Positions 37,301 to 50,315 of a stretch of DNA of 64,000 bases are shown here, one piece after another. A program made the translations under genes and the position numbers. The DNA is from Yuukianura sp. NJ FZ-2021. Lineage: Eukaryota. The stretch lies in NCBI GenBank assembly GCA_046563655.1, contig CM102283.1, forward strand, positions 1,674,001 through 1,738,000, given 5' to 3'. The notes under the pieces were generated by a model. The model saw nothing but the letters and a program-made list of their open reading frames with translations, was not told where the DNA came from and did no database searches. Numbering within the stretch: the first letter of the stretch is position 1; the number at the start of each line of letters is the position of its first letter.

Positions 37301-40300
37301 TACACTTGTAAGGCTGGTTATGGTCCGAATCCTGACTACGGCTACACCTCTTTCGACACATTCGGATCAGCTCTCCTGTCTGCTTTTCGGTTGATGACAC
37401 AGGATTACTGGGAACGACTCTACCAACAGGTATTCTTCTTAATTAATTAGTTTATTTAATTGAGATTAAATATAAGTTAGTTTATTTTTTCTAATTTTAA
37501 CAGGTTCTGCGAGCTTCTGGTCCATGGCACATGCTGTTCTTCATTTTCATCATTTTCCTTGGCTCCTTTTACTTGGTCAACCTGATTTTGGCCATTGTCG
37601 CCATGTCTTACGATGAACTCCAAAAGAAATCAGAGGAAGAGGAGCTGGCCAATGCTGCTGAATTGGAGAACATGCGCGTAGGAATTGGATTTTGAATTCT
37701 ACAGTTTCATTCAAAGGTGAAACCGAGTGATCTGCTTTTGTTTTCAGGCGGAAGAGGCGACTGCGCAGCAGAAATTGGCTGACGACGCAGCGGAGTTCCA
37801 TCGGAGAGAGGCTGGAGGCGGAGACAGTCCGACTGTGAAGACTCCGTCGGAGTACTCTTGTCGCAGTTACGAAGGTTGGGTGGGTGATGCTGGTGACAAC
37901 AAAGAACTCAAGTCCATGCGATCCGAAGTGTCGCTTCCAAGAGACGAATATGCTAAAGGGGCGGGTATGAAAAGCAGAAAAGCGAGTTTGAGTTTACCCG
38001 GAAGTCCGTTTAACGTCAGAAGAGGATCCAGGGGATCTCATATGAATTACAAGAAGAGTCGAAATGGGGGAGACAAGAAGCCGCTTGTGCTGTCGACATA
38101 CATGGATGCACAGGAGCATCTTCCATATGCAGACGACTCAACAGCAGCCACGCCCATGTCGGAAGAAAACGGGACAATCCTCATACAGAACTTCACACAC
38201 AGTAAGAACATGACAAAAAAATGAGCAACACACACTTTTTTTTTCAAAAAACTTTGAAAAATCTATTCTGAAAATTCATTTTTTTTAAAAAACAGCTATG
38301 GGCAGTCGACATTCCTCGTATAACTCACATGCCTCCCGCTTTTCGTACACTTCACATGGAGATTTAATGGGAAAAAACTTTGGATTTGCTCTGGGAGTTC
38401 CGGTGACGAAAGAAAGTCAACTCCGCATGCGCTCAAAGGCGATGCACTACGACGCAGAAAAGATGGACATTCCGCATGACTATGTAGGTTGACCTTTGAC
38501 CTGACCTTGCCAAATTGGTTCCATGCCATTGTTTCAAATTGTTGCCAAATTTCCTAACCTAACAACATTTTGCCATGCATCACATCATATTTTGTTGTTT
38601 CGACAGGAAAGCTATGATGACATGCACAAACACAAAGATCGATACTACGGCGACGGACCAATGCGTGGCGGTGGCGGAATGGACCTCAAAGATGTCATGG
38701 TTTTAAGTGAAATCGTCGAGCAAGCTGGAGGGCGTGGCAGTAAAATCAGCGATCGTTTGGGTAAGTCAAATTTTATTTTTGTCAGTCGAGGGCAAAGGTC
38801 ACATAGCACAATATTCTGTACTCGTCGATTTGAATTATACGCAGTCAATTTGAAATTTTCAAATTTTGAAAGAATTTTCAAAAAAATTGTTTTTGTGTTC
38901 AATTGCTCACTTTCACAATTCACGCTTTCCGTCACATAAATCACTGGAATTTGCACTTCACTTGAACCAGGTGTAGTCACAGCTTACCACTTTACGACAG
39001 GTCAGTTTTTAACAGTGGTGTTAAATTCAGTTTCTTCACCTAATGTTTGTTTTTATCGGTGATTATATTGATTTATTTGATTTTCTTAGATGAAGAGGAA
39101 CAAGGAAATCAATTGAAGATGAAAATCATCGACGGATGTTTTCGCTGCATTGACATTTTCTGCGTCTGGGACTGGGGATTTCCGTGGAACTTTTTGCAGA
39201 AATGTGTCTCCTTTATTGTTTTCGATCCTTTTGCTGAGCTTTTCATTACTCTTGCTATTGGTATTAATACGCTCTTCATGGCCATGGACTACCACGGACT
39301 GGACAAAAACCCAACTATGCAGTCCACCCTCAAAATTGGCAACAAGGTGAGTAAAAACTGATAAATGTTAGTTGATCTTGTTGTGTTGACCTAATTGTTG
39401 TTGTGCTTTTAGGTGTTTTCGACAATTTTTGCTGTGGAGGCTGCCATGAAGTTGGTTGCGATGAGTCCCAAGTATTACTTTCAAGTTGGCTGGAACATTT
39501 TTGACTTCATCATTGTCACTCTGTCACTTCTGGAAATGGCCTTCGAAGATGCAAATCTTCCTGGAATTTCGGCACTCAGAAGTTTCAGATTGGTAAGCTC
39601 GACTCCTGGAATCAAAAAACTAGGCGGGGGAATTTGAAATTTTGAAAATATTTTGGAATTTTGCTTTTTTGTATTTAGCTTCGTGTTTTCAAGTTGGCCA
39701 AGTCCTGGCCCACTCTCAACCTTCTGATCAGCATCATGGGCAAAACAATGGGAGCACTTGGAAATCTCGTCTTTGTCCTCATCATTATCATCTTCATCTT
39801 CGCTGTGATGGGAATGCAACTCTTTTCCAAAAATTATTACGGTCAGATGTGTTCAAAACAAACAAATTTTGAAAATGTGGGATTCTCAACTAATATTTTT
39901 TGGTTTAGACAAAGTTTTAATGTTCAAATACGAACAAATGCCGCGCTGGAACTTCACTGATTTCTGGCATTCCTTCATGATCATCTTCCGCGTTCTGTGT
40001 GGCGAGTGGATCGAGTCAATGTGGGACTGTGTTTTAGTTTCTGGATGGGTTTGCATTCCGTTCTTCTTGGCGACCGTCATCATTGGAAACTTGGTTGTGC
40101 TGAATCTGTTTCTGGCTTTGCTGCTCAGCAGCTTCGGAGCTTCGAATCTTTCGTCTCCGACAGCCGACGCTGAAACGAACAAATTGGCAGAAGCTTTCAA
40201 CCGAATCGGGAGGTTCATCCGCTGGGTCAAAAATTTGATACGGAAGATGTTTCGCTGCATTTACAAAATTTTAACATGTTGGAAGCGCGCCAAAAATCAA

Positions 40301-43300
40301 ATTGGAGACGGAGTAAACGGACCAGACGGAGTTCAAGTCGAACTGACTCAACAGTCGATGAAAATGTCGCAAGACAACCCGGACGAACCAAGGGAAAAAG
40401 GCTTGTTTGATACTGAAGCCGGCGGAGTTGGAATGGCACTCCAAGGTAAATTACAAGGTTCCTTGACAACCGAATTGTATTTCCTACAACAGGTTGTGCA
40501 ATAACTCAGGATTTTCAGAAATCTTGCTTCAAACAACTTTGAGCACCAATCCCATTTAGATTACATGCAAAACATTACTATGGAAAGAAGGCAGATTTGC
40601 TACTTTCAAACAAATTTTAAAACTTCGAGTTATTGGACACAACCTGGCGTAGAAAGGTTCTCTTTTTCTTTACGAACCTTGGCAAATTATTTTGAACTAA
40701 ATTTCATAAACCTAAAAAAATGAAAATTTTGGAAAAACCAGAAATGAAATTTTGAATACTTTCAGCCGCGGGTCAATTCAAGACCAAGCTGGCCCAGAAG
40801 GCCAAACTAGTGATGGCTACCAACAAAGTTTTGAACAGTCTGCAACAAATGGCTGCAGAACGCGCCGGTGCGGAATCGACTAATGCCAAAGTTGACATCG
40901 AAGCGACCAAAATGGAGGACCCAGACAACATGAGCTTGCGATCCTACGGTTCGCACAACTACTCCAACGTGAACTGTCCACAAGTCAAAGAGGATGGCGG
41001 CAGAGCACTTTCAACTGAAACGTTTGAAGAGGAAATGAGTAAATTAGATGGCGCTGGAGAATACTACGATGATGACGATGAAGAAAAGCGAGATTTTGAA
41101 AAGGAAGAAGTTGATTGGATAGAAGAAGTTGAAGGATGTGAAGAAGAAGAAGTTAAACCAATTCACTTTCATCATGGACCACCCAAGGAAGAGGAGGAAG
41201 ACTACCCGCATGATTGTTGTCCACCGAGATTCTACGAGCGATTTCCGATTTTCCTGGTGGACGAAACGCCGTTCGGTGTTGGTTGGGCCAACTTGAGACT
41301 CAAAACGTTTCAGCTCATTGAAAACAAATACTTTGAAACGGCCGTCATCATCATGATTCTACTGTCGTCCATGGCTTTGGTAAGCTGAAATATTTTGCAA
41401 ACGTTACTGGTTTCCAGAAACGTTTTGCAAACGTTTCAAACGAGTGCCGACGTAAAGACACGTATTTTCCCAATTTTCAGAAACGTTTCGAACTCGTTAT
41501 AAGTAGTTGTATCCACGTTCCAGAAACTTTTTATAAACGTTTGGAAACGTTTTATAAACCCTCCGAGGACGTTAAATAAACGTTTCAAAAATGTCGACAA
41601 CGTTTTATGAGCTTTTCAAAAAAAAAGTTCTTTAAACGCTCTGAAAACGTCTTATAAACTCTCCAAAAACGTCTTATAAACGCTTCGAAAACGTCAAAAA
41701 AAATTTGCTCCCGGTTTCTAACACAAAGTTAAGCTTAATATGTTGTAAATACGTTTTTTTTGTCTGAAATTCAAAAATTGCGATGTTTTTGTTTTCAGGC
41801 TCTAGAAGACGTCCATTTGCAAAACAATCCGATACTCCAAGACGTTTTGTACTACATGGACCGAATCTTTACCGTCGTGTTTGCAATAGAAATGTTGATC
41901 AAGTGGCTGGCCCTTGGTTTTCAAAATTATTTCACAAATGCTTGGTGCTGGTTGGATTTTTTCATTGTCATGCTGTCGCTCATCAATTTTGTTGCTGGAA
42001 TTTTAGGATTTGGTGGAATTCAGGTAAGATTTCAATAAAAGATTCAAAGAAATACGAAAAACAAGTCTCCCAAAAAAATTATTTACAAAAACTTTGTTTT
42101 TCACAGGCTTTCAAAACTATGCGAACTCTGCGTGCCCTTCGACCTCTCCGTGCCATGTCCCGAATGCAGGGCATGCGGGTAAGTTTGAATTTCAGAATTT
42201 CAAAATCGGAGGAATTTGGCGCCAAAATGTTTGAACTTTTTGCAGGTCGTGGTGAACGCGCTTGTGCAAGCTATCCCGTCCATCTTCAATGTGTTGCTGG
42301 TGTGTCTCATCTTTTGGTTGATCTTTGCCATCATGGGAGTCCAGCTATTCAATGGAAAATACTACAAGTGTCTTGACAAAAATCTTACAGCTCCGTTTAA
42401 TGTAATCGACTACCGAGTAATTGGAAACAAATCGGAATGTATTGCTGCCAATTACACTTGGGAAAATTCGGCCATGAACTTTGACCATGTCGGGAAAGCC
42501 TATTTGAGTCTATTTCAAGTAGCGACTTTCAAAGGATGGATCCAAATTATGAACGATGCGACGGACTCACGTGGGGTTAGACACGATAACAATTTTTCTA
42601 AACACGGGTTTTTAAAAAATATTTTCAAAACAAATTTTTTTTTGTTTTTTTTTAGGAGGACCAACAACCTTATCGAGAGTGGAGTTTTGTCATGTACGTG
42701 TACTTTGTGATCTTCATAATTTTCGGTTCCTTTTTCACTCTGAACTTGTTTATCGGCGTGATCATTGACAATTTCAATGAACAAAAGAAAAAGGCGGGAG
42801 GATCTTTGGAGATGTTCATGACTGACGATCAGAAGAAGTACTACAACGCCATGAAGAAAATGGGATCCAAGAAACCAATGAAAGCCATTCCCAGGCCACG
42901 GGTCAGTTTTTCAAAAAACAAATTTTGAAAATTCAAAACAACTTTTGCAAACTTTTTGACAGTGGAGACCACAAGCACTCGTGTTTGAAATGGTGACAAA
43001 CACGAAATTTGACATGATCATCATGCTGTTTATTGGACTCAATATGCTGACGATGACCATGGATCACTACAATCAGGCTCAGGTATGTCAAAAATATTTT
43101 CCAATATTACACGATGTTAAAGCATTGCGTATTGCTAAATTGTGTTTCACTGGAATGTTAAAGTTACTTTGGGTATGGCTGCAACGTTGTCACATTTGAC
43201 TGTAAAAGCTTGTCCGCGAGGGATGTGTTTTTAAAAATCTTTACCTTCATACGTTCTACTAACGAGTGTAGTAATGACAGACAGACAGACAAATTCTTAA

Positions 43301-45291
43301 TGTACTATATCTTTACGCAGTTGTTCATTTGTTGTATAGGGTATCACTGGAATGCTAAGGTTAGGTTTCGTACTGCTGTAACGTTGCCACATTTGACTGT
43401 AAACGCTAGTCCACGAGGGATGTGTTTTTGAAAATCTTTGCCTTCATGAATATTACTGAAGAGTATAGTAACTACAGACACAGAGAAACATTCTTATTAC
43501 ATTATATGTTCAAGCAGTTGTCCATTCGTTGTTTTGGATTTCACTGGAACCTGATCTTAGTTTTGGCTATTGCAGCAACGTTGCCATATTTACATGACAG
43601 AGACTATTTATTTTTATACAAATTGTTGCCTTCATAAATTTTATTACTAATGCAGAAGTGCAGCGAAAATTCAGAATCCATTAAGGTTTAATGACGATTC
43701 ATTTTTTTCTTTCCAGATCTGGGAAGACGTTCTCGCTTATTTGAACACATTTTTCATCGTCATCTTCAGTTCCGAATGTGCACTGAAAGTAAGTCAAGCT
43801 AGCTGGAAATCTCAACCTTAAAAATTCTCGCGAATTTGTAAAAAGAAAACGTATTTGACGAATGCGAATTTTTTGCAGATCTTTGCTCTGCGTTACCACT
43901 ACTTCGTGGAGCCGTGGAATTTGTTTGACTTTGTCGTTGTCATTTTCTCCATCTTTTCCTTGGCTCTGTCTGACTTGATTGAAACGTATTTTGTGTCTCC
44001 TACTCTGTTGCGAGTTGTGCGCGTGGCCAAGGTGGGCAGAGTCCTGCGCCTCGTCAAGGGGGCAAAGGGCATTCGGACGCTGCTCTTTGCACTGGCAATG
44101 TCGCTCCCAGCACTCTTCAACATTTGTCTCCTCCTCTTCCTCATCATGTTCATCTTCGCAATATTCGGAATGTCATTCTTCATGTCGGTTGAACTCACTG
44201 GAGGCTTGGACGAAGTCTACAACTTTCAGACGTTCGGACAATCCATGATTCTTCTATTCCAAATGTCAACTTCTGCTGGTAAAGTTCATTTTTAAAAACT
44301 TTCAAAATGGAATATTCAAAAACAAAATTTTTTTTTAAATGTGTAACTTAATTAGGTACTAAATGATGAATTTTTTTTTCTATAGGATGGGATGGCGTTC
44401 TGGATGGAATTATCAAAGTGGATGACAAATGTGTTGAAGCTGACAACGAACATGGAAGAGCCGGAACTTGTGGAAATCCAACCGTTGGAGTAGCGTTTCT
44501 CCTTTCGTATCTTGTCATCAGTTTTCTCATTGGTATGCAGCGGTTTGAAAAATTTGGAAAAATTGAAAATGAAATTTTGACTTTTTTTTGAAGTTATCAA
44601 CATGTACATTGCCGTGATTTTGGAAAACTACTCTCAAGCGACAGAGGAGGTGCAGGAGGGACTGACTGACGATGACTATGACATGTACTATGAAATTTGG
44701 GCGCAGTTTGACCCCGAGGGAACGCAGTACATTCGATACGATCAACTCTCGGACTTTTTGGACATTTTGGAACCTCCGTTACAGATACACAAGCCCAACA
44801 AATACAAGATCATCACAATGGACATCCCCATTTGCAAAGGTACAAACAAATTCTAAAGTATTTTTTCAAAATAAATTTCAGAAAAATTTATACCTCGTGA
44901 TTTTTTTGAAGATGACATGATGCACTGTGCAGACATTTTGAATGCCCTGACCAAGGACTTCTTTGCCCGAAAAGGAAATGCTGTAGATGAATCCATCGAG
45001 ATGGGAGACGAAAACAAGGCAGAACGTCCTGGCTATATGATGGTGTCATCCACTTTGTGGCGACAACGTGAAGACTACTGCGCAAGACTCATCCAACTTG
45101 CATGGCGAAAACATAAACATCTTCGGGCCATTTCCGAAAGTGGGCGTGACTCGAATGAAATTGAAGACAAGACGAACAATTCACTTCTGCTAGATGATCC
45201 CACTACAACTGATGACCTTGACAGTCACAAAGTCACTCTGCTTCCTTCTTCTCGTTCTCCTTCCGTGTCTTCACGAATGACCGATGTCTAA
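34398..45291 (+). CDS. para: Voltage-gated sodium channel alpha subunit (para/Nav1), complete
   Basis: ATG 34398 (FRPFTRESL); four domains with S4 R-x-x repeats; filter D-E-K-A (TQDYWE, CGEWIE, TFKGWI, TSAGWD); MFMT inactivation motif; IQ motif IQLAWRKH; stop 45291. Confidence 0.97.
40454..40681. mobile_element. MITE family A copy in a Nav intron
   Basis: caaggttc...gaaccttg termini, same subterminal IR as 4673-4983 (opposite orientation); flanks gtaaatta/gcaaatta (7/8 TSD). Confidence 0.75.
43146..43595. repeat. Diverged about 197 bp tandem repeat (2.3 copies) in a Nav intron
   Basis: tcactggaa...aacgttg.ca.attt recurs at about 43147, 43345, 43541; cgagggatgtgttttt.aaaatcttt twice. Confidence 0.75.
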
Positions 45292-45771
45292 ATTTTCAAA
45301 ATCTCTAAAAATTCAAATCAGCAAAGTGTTTTAAAGTTCTAAAAAGCAGGACCAATTTCGACAATCATCAGGTATACTGTCCATGTTGTCCAAAAACACC
45401 AATTATGCGCTTCAAAATTGTTGTTCAAAAAATTTCGCTTCAAATTCGACTTTCAAATTGGAACAATTTTGCTAAACAATTGTAGTATTAACACTGTGAT
45501 CAACGAATTAAGCCATTTGTGAGCTTACGCTTTAAACTATCAATTTACAAAATTTTCAGCGCCTCAATGTGAAATAAATGTGATATGTCAATGTTTTGCA
45601 GCTTCAACTTACAACAAAACATGACAGCTCGATTTCATTGTTGTTTCTGCGCAGTGCAATTGTTTTAGGTTGCGCAGAAGACAAAATCAATATAATGAAA
45701 GGATTTTGCACTTTACAAGGAATCTTTTGTGCTTCAAAGACGCAATGCGCAAAACTAGCATACTTTTTTAG

Positions 45772-46825
45772 CAACAACTGGCTTTTTCTTCATCAGCATA
45801 CGACTTTGACGCACCAGCATGCATAATCGGAAACAAATCATCAATTCTGGTCAATTTCTAAAAAAAATGAAAAGCTTTCGGAATTTTTTTTTGAAATTTG
45901 AGCAATCTGTTTTAACGTTTTTAAATAGGAGGCGAATGTTTCCGAGGATAGAATCAAGTGGGCTCAAGAAGGAGTCGACGCTCACAACAAATATCGCAAG
46001 AAACATGGTTCCGAATATTTAAAAACGAATGCGGTAAAATGAAAAATGATGGTGAAATTTGAAAAGGTTTGTCGTAAATTTCAGGCACTCCTCCATTGGT
46101 GTTGAACCCCGAGGTGAGTTTCTATTGAACTCAATGTGAAGAAAGCGCCACCTTCCAAATTCACAAGTTATTGACTTACTTTGACTAAATTCGATTACTT
46201 TGATGAAGAATCGATTGCTTTCAGATGTGCAAGAGTAGTCAGTGGACAGTCAATCATAACGCAGGAGTGAAAAAAATGGTGTATACTCAAGTGATTGATG
46301 GGATTGGAGCGGGTGGGATGAAATGCGGTGAGTGTTTGTGTGGGCCTGCACAATCACTGATAACAGCGAGTCTGGCCACAGACGTTTTGTACGACGAAGT
46401 CAGAAACTACGACTTTGGTAAACACAAATCAAAGAATGGAAAAGAGGTTGGTCACTTCGAACAAGTCGTCTGGAAAGGTCAAGTTATTACCAAACTAATA
46501 AATATTACAAATATCGACAAAGAAAAAGTTCTGAAAAGTTGAAAAGTTTAAATCCCTGTTCGCTTGCGTTTAGCTTCCAAGGAAATGTGCATGGCTTACG
46601 CAAAAACAGAAGATGGCCAATACTTTATTGCAGCTCATTATCATCTGCCAGGTCGGTGACGATACGTTTTTCTAAGATTTTGAATTTTTCAAGGTTGAAT
46701 TTCCTTTTTGAACAGCATTTTATGGGTCACACGCTGAGAACGTCTTGAACTTGAATTCAGCTAACCACGACCACTTCAAAATTGGAATCAATTTGATTAT
46801 GATTCTTTGTATACATTTTTTCTAA
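45772..46825 (+). CDS. CAP/SCP (GAPR-1-like) copy 1; no ATG/signal start found, possibly 5'-truncated
   Basis: VDAHNKYRKKHG, YDEVRNYDF, GHFEQVVWK, hydrophobic tail; homology to other copies starts mid signal peptide after an in-frame TAG. Confidence 0.7.
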
Positions 46826-47173
46826 AAACTGCTTTTTCAACATTTTTCCTTAAAAAAACTTGCTTTTTTAGCACACCATCACACCATAACTTTCTAACGT
46901 ATTACTTTTGGAAAGTAAAATTTAATCTATCATTGAAAACAAAAATATGAATAAAAAAAAATATTGCAACACTTTTACTTCAAACTACTTCAAGTAATTA
47001 CTAATTAATTCAAGCATTATATTTTAGCATTGTAAAACTTAACTCTAGCCAGATGGGACTCCGACGATACTTTTTGCGTCAACACACGGATAAAAAAAGG
47101 GCAAGATTCCTTTTGACTTTGGTAAGAAATAATTATATAACAAATAAATATTTATTATAATAAAGTAATCGTG

Positions 47174-47340
47174 ATCATGCAGTAACCCTCAACGGCCCCA
47201 CCGTGGCAAAGCACTACTCTGGGTGGTGGCTCCGCTGCCAAAATTTGCCCCACCAAATCCACATCTCCAAGTAATTTCTGGTTGTGGTTAGTTCGGCCAA
47301 CACCAATGCGTATATAATTTTATACACACATATATAATTT
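47174..47340 (-). pseudogene. Carboxylesterase first-exon relic (truncated), head-to-head with CAP copy 2
   Basis: Nucleotide match to 50860-51100 and 56260-56490 (aaaatttgccccaccaaatccacatctccaa). Confidence 0.6.
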
Positions 47341-47566
47341 TTTAAAAATCCTTTTCTGTTGCCGTGGGAACGTCGATTCCAATTCTGTTTGTTTTTGTGC
47401 TCTTTTTCTTTGTTCGTTGAGTCAACTGACCAAAACTTTTCCAGTTTCACACAACCATATTTGCCCAACCCCTTCCGGATTTCTCTTTGGTTTTTATAAT
47501 TTTGGCTTCAATTTAATTGAAACCACGATCAATCAGTGCACAATCGATTGAAAAGCCAATTGAAGG

Positions 47567-48668
47567 ATGGGTTTTGGCGTGGCAGTTTTATTAGTTGGAG
47601 TTTGGATCCTTGGTCAACCACTGGATGTAGATGCATTCGAAGCTCCACCATGCATAAAGGCAAACGAAACAATTGTGGTCAGTTTCTTAAAAATGAAGTT
47701 CTTTGAACATTTTTCGAAAAGTTGTTGTTTTTTTCTAATTTTCATCAACCTGTTTTAACATTGTTGAACAGGAGGTGAATTATACTATTCCTCCTGATGT
47801 ACTCAAGTGGGCTCAAGAAGGGGTGGACGCTCACAACAAGTTTCGCAAGAAACATGGTTCCAAATATTCTAAAAAATAAGAAAATGATAAAAAAACGATT
47901 GTCAAATTTGAAAATGTTTGTGGTAACTTTTAGGCGTGCCTCCTTTGGTGTTCAACCCCAACGTGAGTTTTCATCGAAATAAGACTGAACGAAGCGTCAC
48001 ATTCCAAAGTCTTTAGAAGTTCTAGATTACTTTGACTGTATTCGATTACTTTGATTAAGAATCGATTACTTTCAGATGTGCAAGAGTACTCAGTGGACAG
48101 TCGATTGGGACGCAGAAGCCGACGTAGCGAACTTTACTCGGAAAATCAGTGGGATTGGAGATGGGGGGATGAAATGTGGTGAGACTGTGTACACGTCCGT
48201 TGGACGCCATCTGAAACCAGCGAGTGGGGTTGTACAAGATTGGTACGACGAAATCAAAAACTACGACTTTGATAAACACAAAGCGAAGCCTGGAACACAC
48301 GTTAGTCGCTTCACACAAGTTGTCTGGAAAGGTCACGCTATTTAAAAAACTAACAAATGAAAAAAAGGTTAGAAAAGTTGAAAAGTTTAAAATATTTTGA
48401 AAATATCTTGTGGTTTAGGATCCAAGGAAATGTGTATGACCCACGCAGCAGCAAAAACCGGCCAACACTATGTTGCAGCTCACTACTTTCCCGCAGGTCG
48501 GTGAATACACCTTTTTTAAAGATTTTGCATTTTTTTAAAGTTTGAATTTCGTTTTGAACAGGAAACTATCTGGGTTCAGATCCAGAGCACGTATTCAATT
48601 CAGCTAACCACGATCACTTCAAAACTGGAATCATTTCGATTTTGATTCTTTCTGTGCATCTTTTCTAA
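47567..48668 (+). CDS. CAP/SCP copy 2, six exons
   Basis: MGFGVAVLLVGVW signal; AHNKFRKKHG; CGET; WYDEIKNYDF; SRFTQVVWK; YVAAHYFPAG; tail NSANHDHFKTGIISILILSVHLF. Confidence 0.88.
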
Positions 48669-49198
48669 AACCCCCTTTTCAACATTTTTCTAAACACTTT
48701 TCATGCAATAAAGACACGTTTACACCCAGTAACGATGATCCACGTTTAGACGTAGAATGATGGCGCTTTATGGAACTATATTTTTTTTCGGATTGACATT
48801 TTCTGCAAACACAAATTAGTTTATTTCGTTTAATAACTTAAAAAGTCTGTTTCAATATGTTTCACAATTTGAGAAAATACACCTTTTACATATTGAAAAT
48901 TAGATATAATTTTTGTCCTTTTCTGTGTTGTGTTTTTTCCAATCATTTTGGGGTCAGTTGAGAATTGAGTTTTAAAACTTCTTTCCTGTTACCGTGGGAA
49001 GTTCAATTCCAATTCAGTTTGTTCTTGTGCTCTTTTCTTTGTTTGTTGAGTCACCTGACAAAGACTTTTTCATTTTCCCACAAGTACATTTTCCGCATTC
49101 CTTTGCGGATTTCTCTTTGGTTTCATAATTTTGGCTTCGATTAATTGAAGCTACGATCAATCAGTCGGTCCACAATCAACTGAAAAGTTAATTGAACA

Positions 49199-50315
49199 AT
49201 GGGTTTTGGCGGGGCAGTTTTGTTAGTTGGAGTCTGGGTCCTTGGTCAGCGACTGGGTTTTGCTTCAGCAGAATTCGACGCTCTTGACTGCATAGTAACC
49301 GCAAACGGAACAGTTCTGGTTGGTTTCTATAAAAACTGTAAAGGTTTTTGGACATCTTTTAAATTTTGATCAATCTGCTTTAACATTTTTGAACAGGAGG
49401 CGGATTATCCTCCTGATGGGCTCAAGTATGCTCAAGAAGGGCTCGACGCTCACAACAAATTTCGCAAGAAACATGGTTCCAAATATTTTCAAAAATAAGC
49501 AAAAACAAAAGTGATGGTCTTTGATAATGTTTTTGGTGAATTTCAGGCACTCCTCCTTTGGTGATGAACCCCAGGGTGAGTTTCTGAGTCTGGAGAAAGC
49601 GTCACTTTTTAAATTCCTCCCAAGTTATTGAATACGTTGACTCGATTACTTTGATTAAGAATCGATTACTTTCAGATGTGCAACAGTAGTCAGTGGACAG
49701 CCAATTGGAACGCAGCGTGGAGCTCACCACACGGGGGTATGAATCATACTAAAGAAATAATTGCGAGTGAACAAAAGTATAAGATGAAATGTGGCGAAAA
49801 CATGATGTGGAGTGGTGGACACAAAAGGATATCAGCTACTCACGTTGTACAAGGGTGGTACAGCGAAATCAAATACTACGACTTTGATAAACACGCCGGA
49901 AAGCCTGGAAAAGTCTCCGGTCACTTTACACAACTCCTCTGGAAAGGTCAGGTTTTAAAAAAAAAGTAACAAATCATGACGGAAAAAATTAGAAATGTTT
50001 AAATTATTTGAAAAATTTCCTGTTCGCTTTAGGTTCGAAAGAAATGTGTATGAGCTACGCACAACGAAAAAATGGCGAATACTATGTTGTAGCTCATTAC
50101 TTTCCACCAGGTCGGTGACCAAACGATTTTTCTTCTTCTTTTTTTTTGATTTTGAATTTTTTTAAAGTTTGAACATTTGAATTTCCTTTTCAAAAGGAAA
50201 TTGGGCATATCCTGCGGCGCATGCAGAAAACGTATTGAATTCTAACAATGCTAACAACGACCACTTCAAAACCGGAACCATTTTGATTTTGACTCTTTGT
50301 GTTCAATTTTTTTAA
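49199..50315 (+). CDS. CAP/SCP copy 3
   Basis: Same six-exon layout; CGENMMW, WYSEIKYYDF, GHFTQLLWK, YVVAHYFPPGNW. Confidence 0.88.

Noticed and set aside
40060-40110. Classical kdr L1014F/S or V1016 change
   Set aside because: Sequence reads [10 protein letters not shown]; both residues are wild type
41390-41715. Dense aaacgttt words in a Nav intron
   Set aside because: Probably a decayed repeat, but I could not define termini or a unit
34398-45291. Minor-spliceosome AT-AC introns or an altered selectivity filter in Nav
   Set aside because: All junctions I traced are GT-AG and the filter is canonical DEKA
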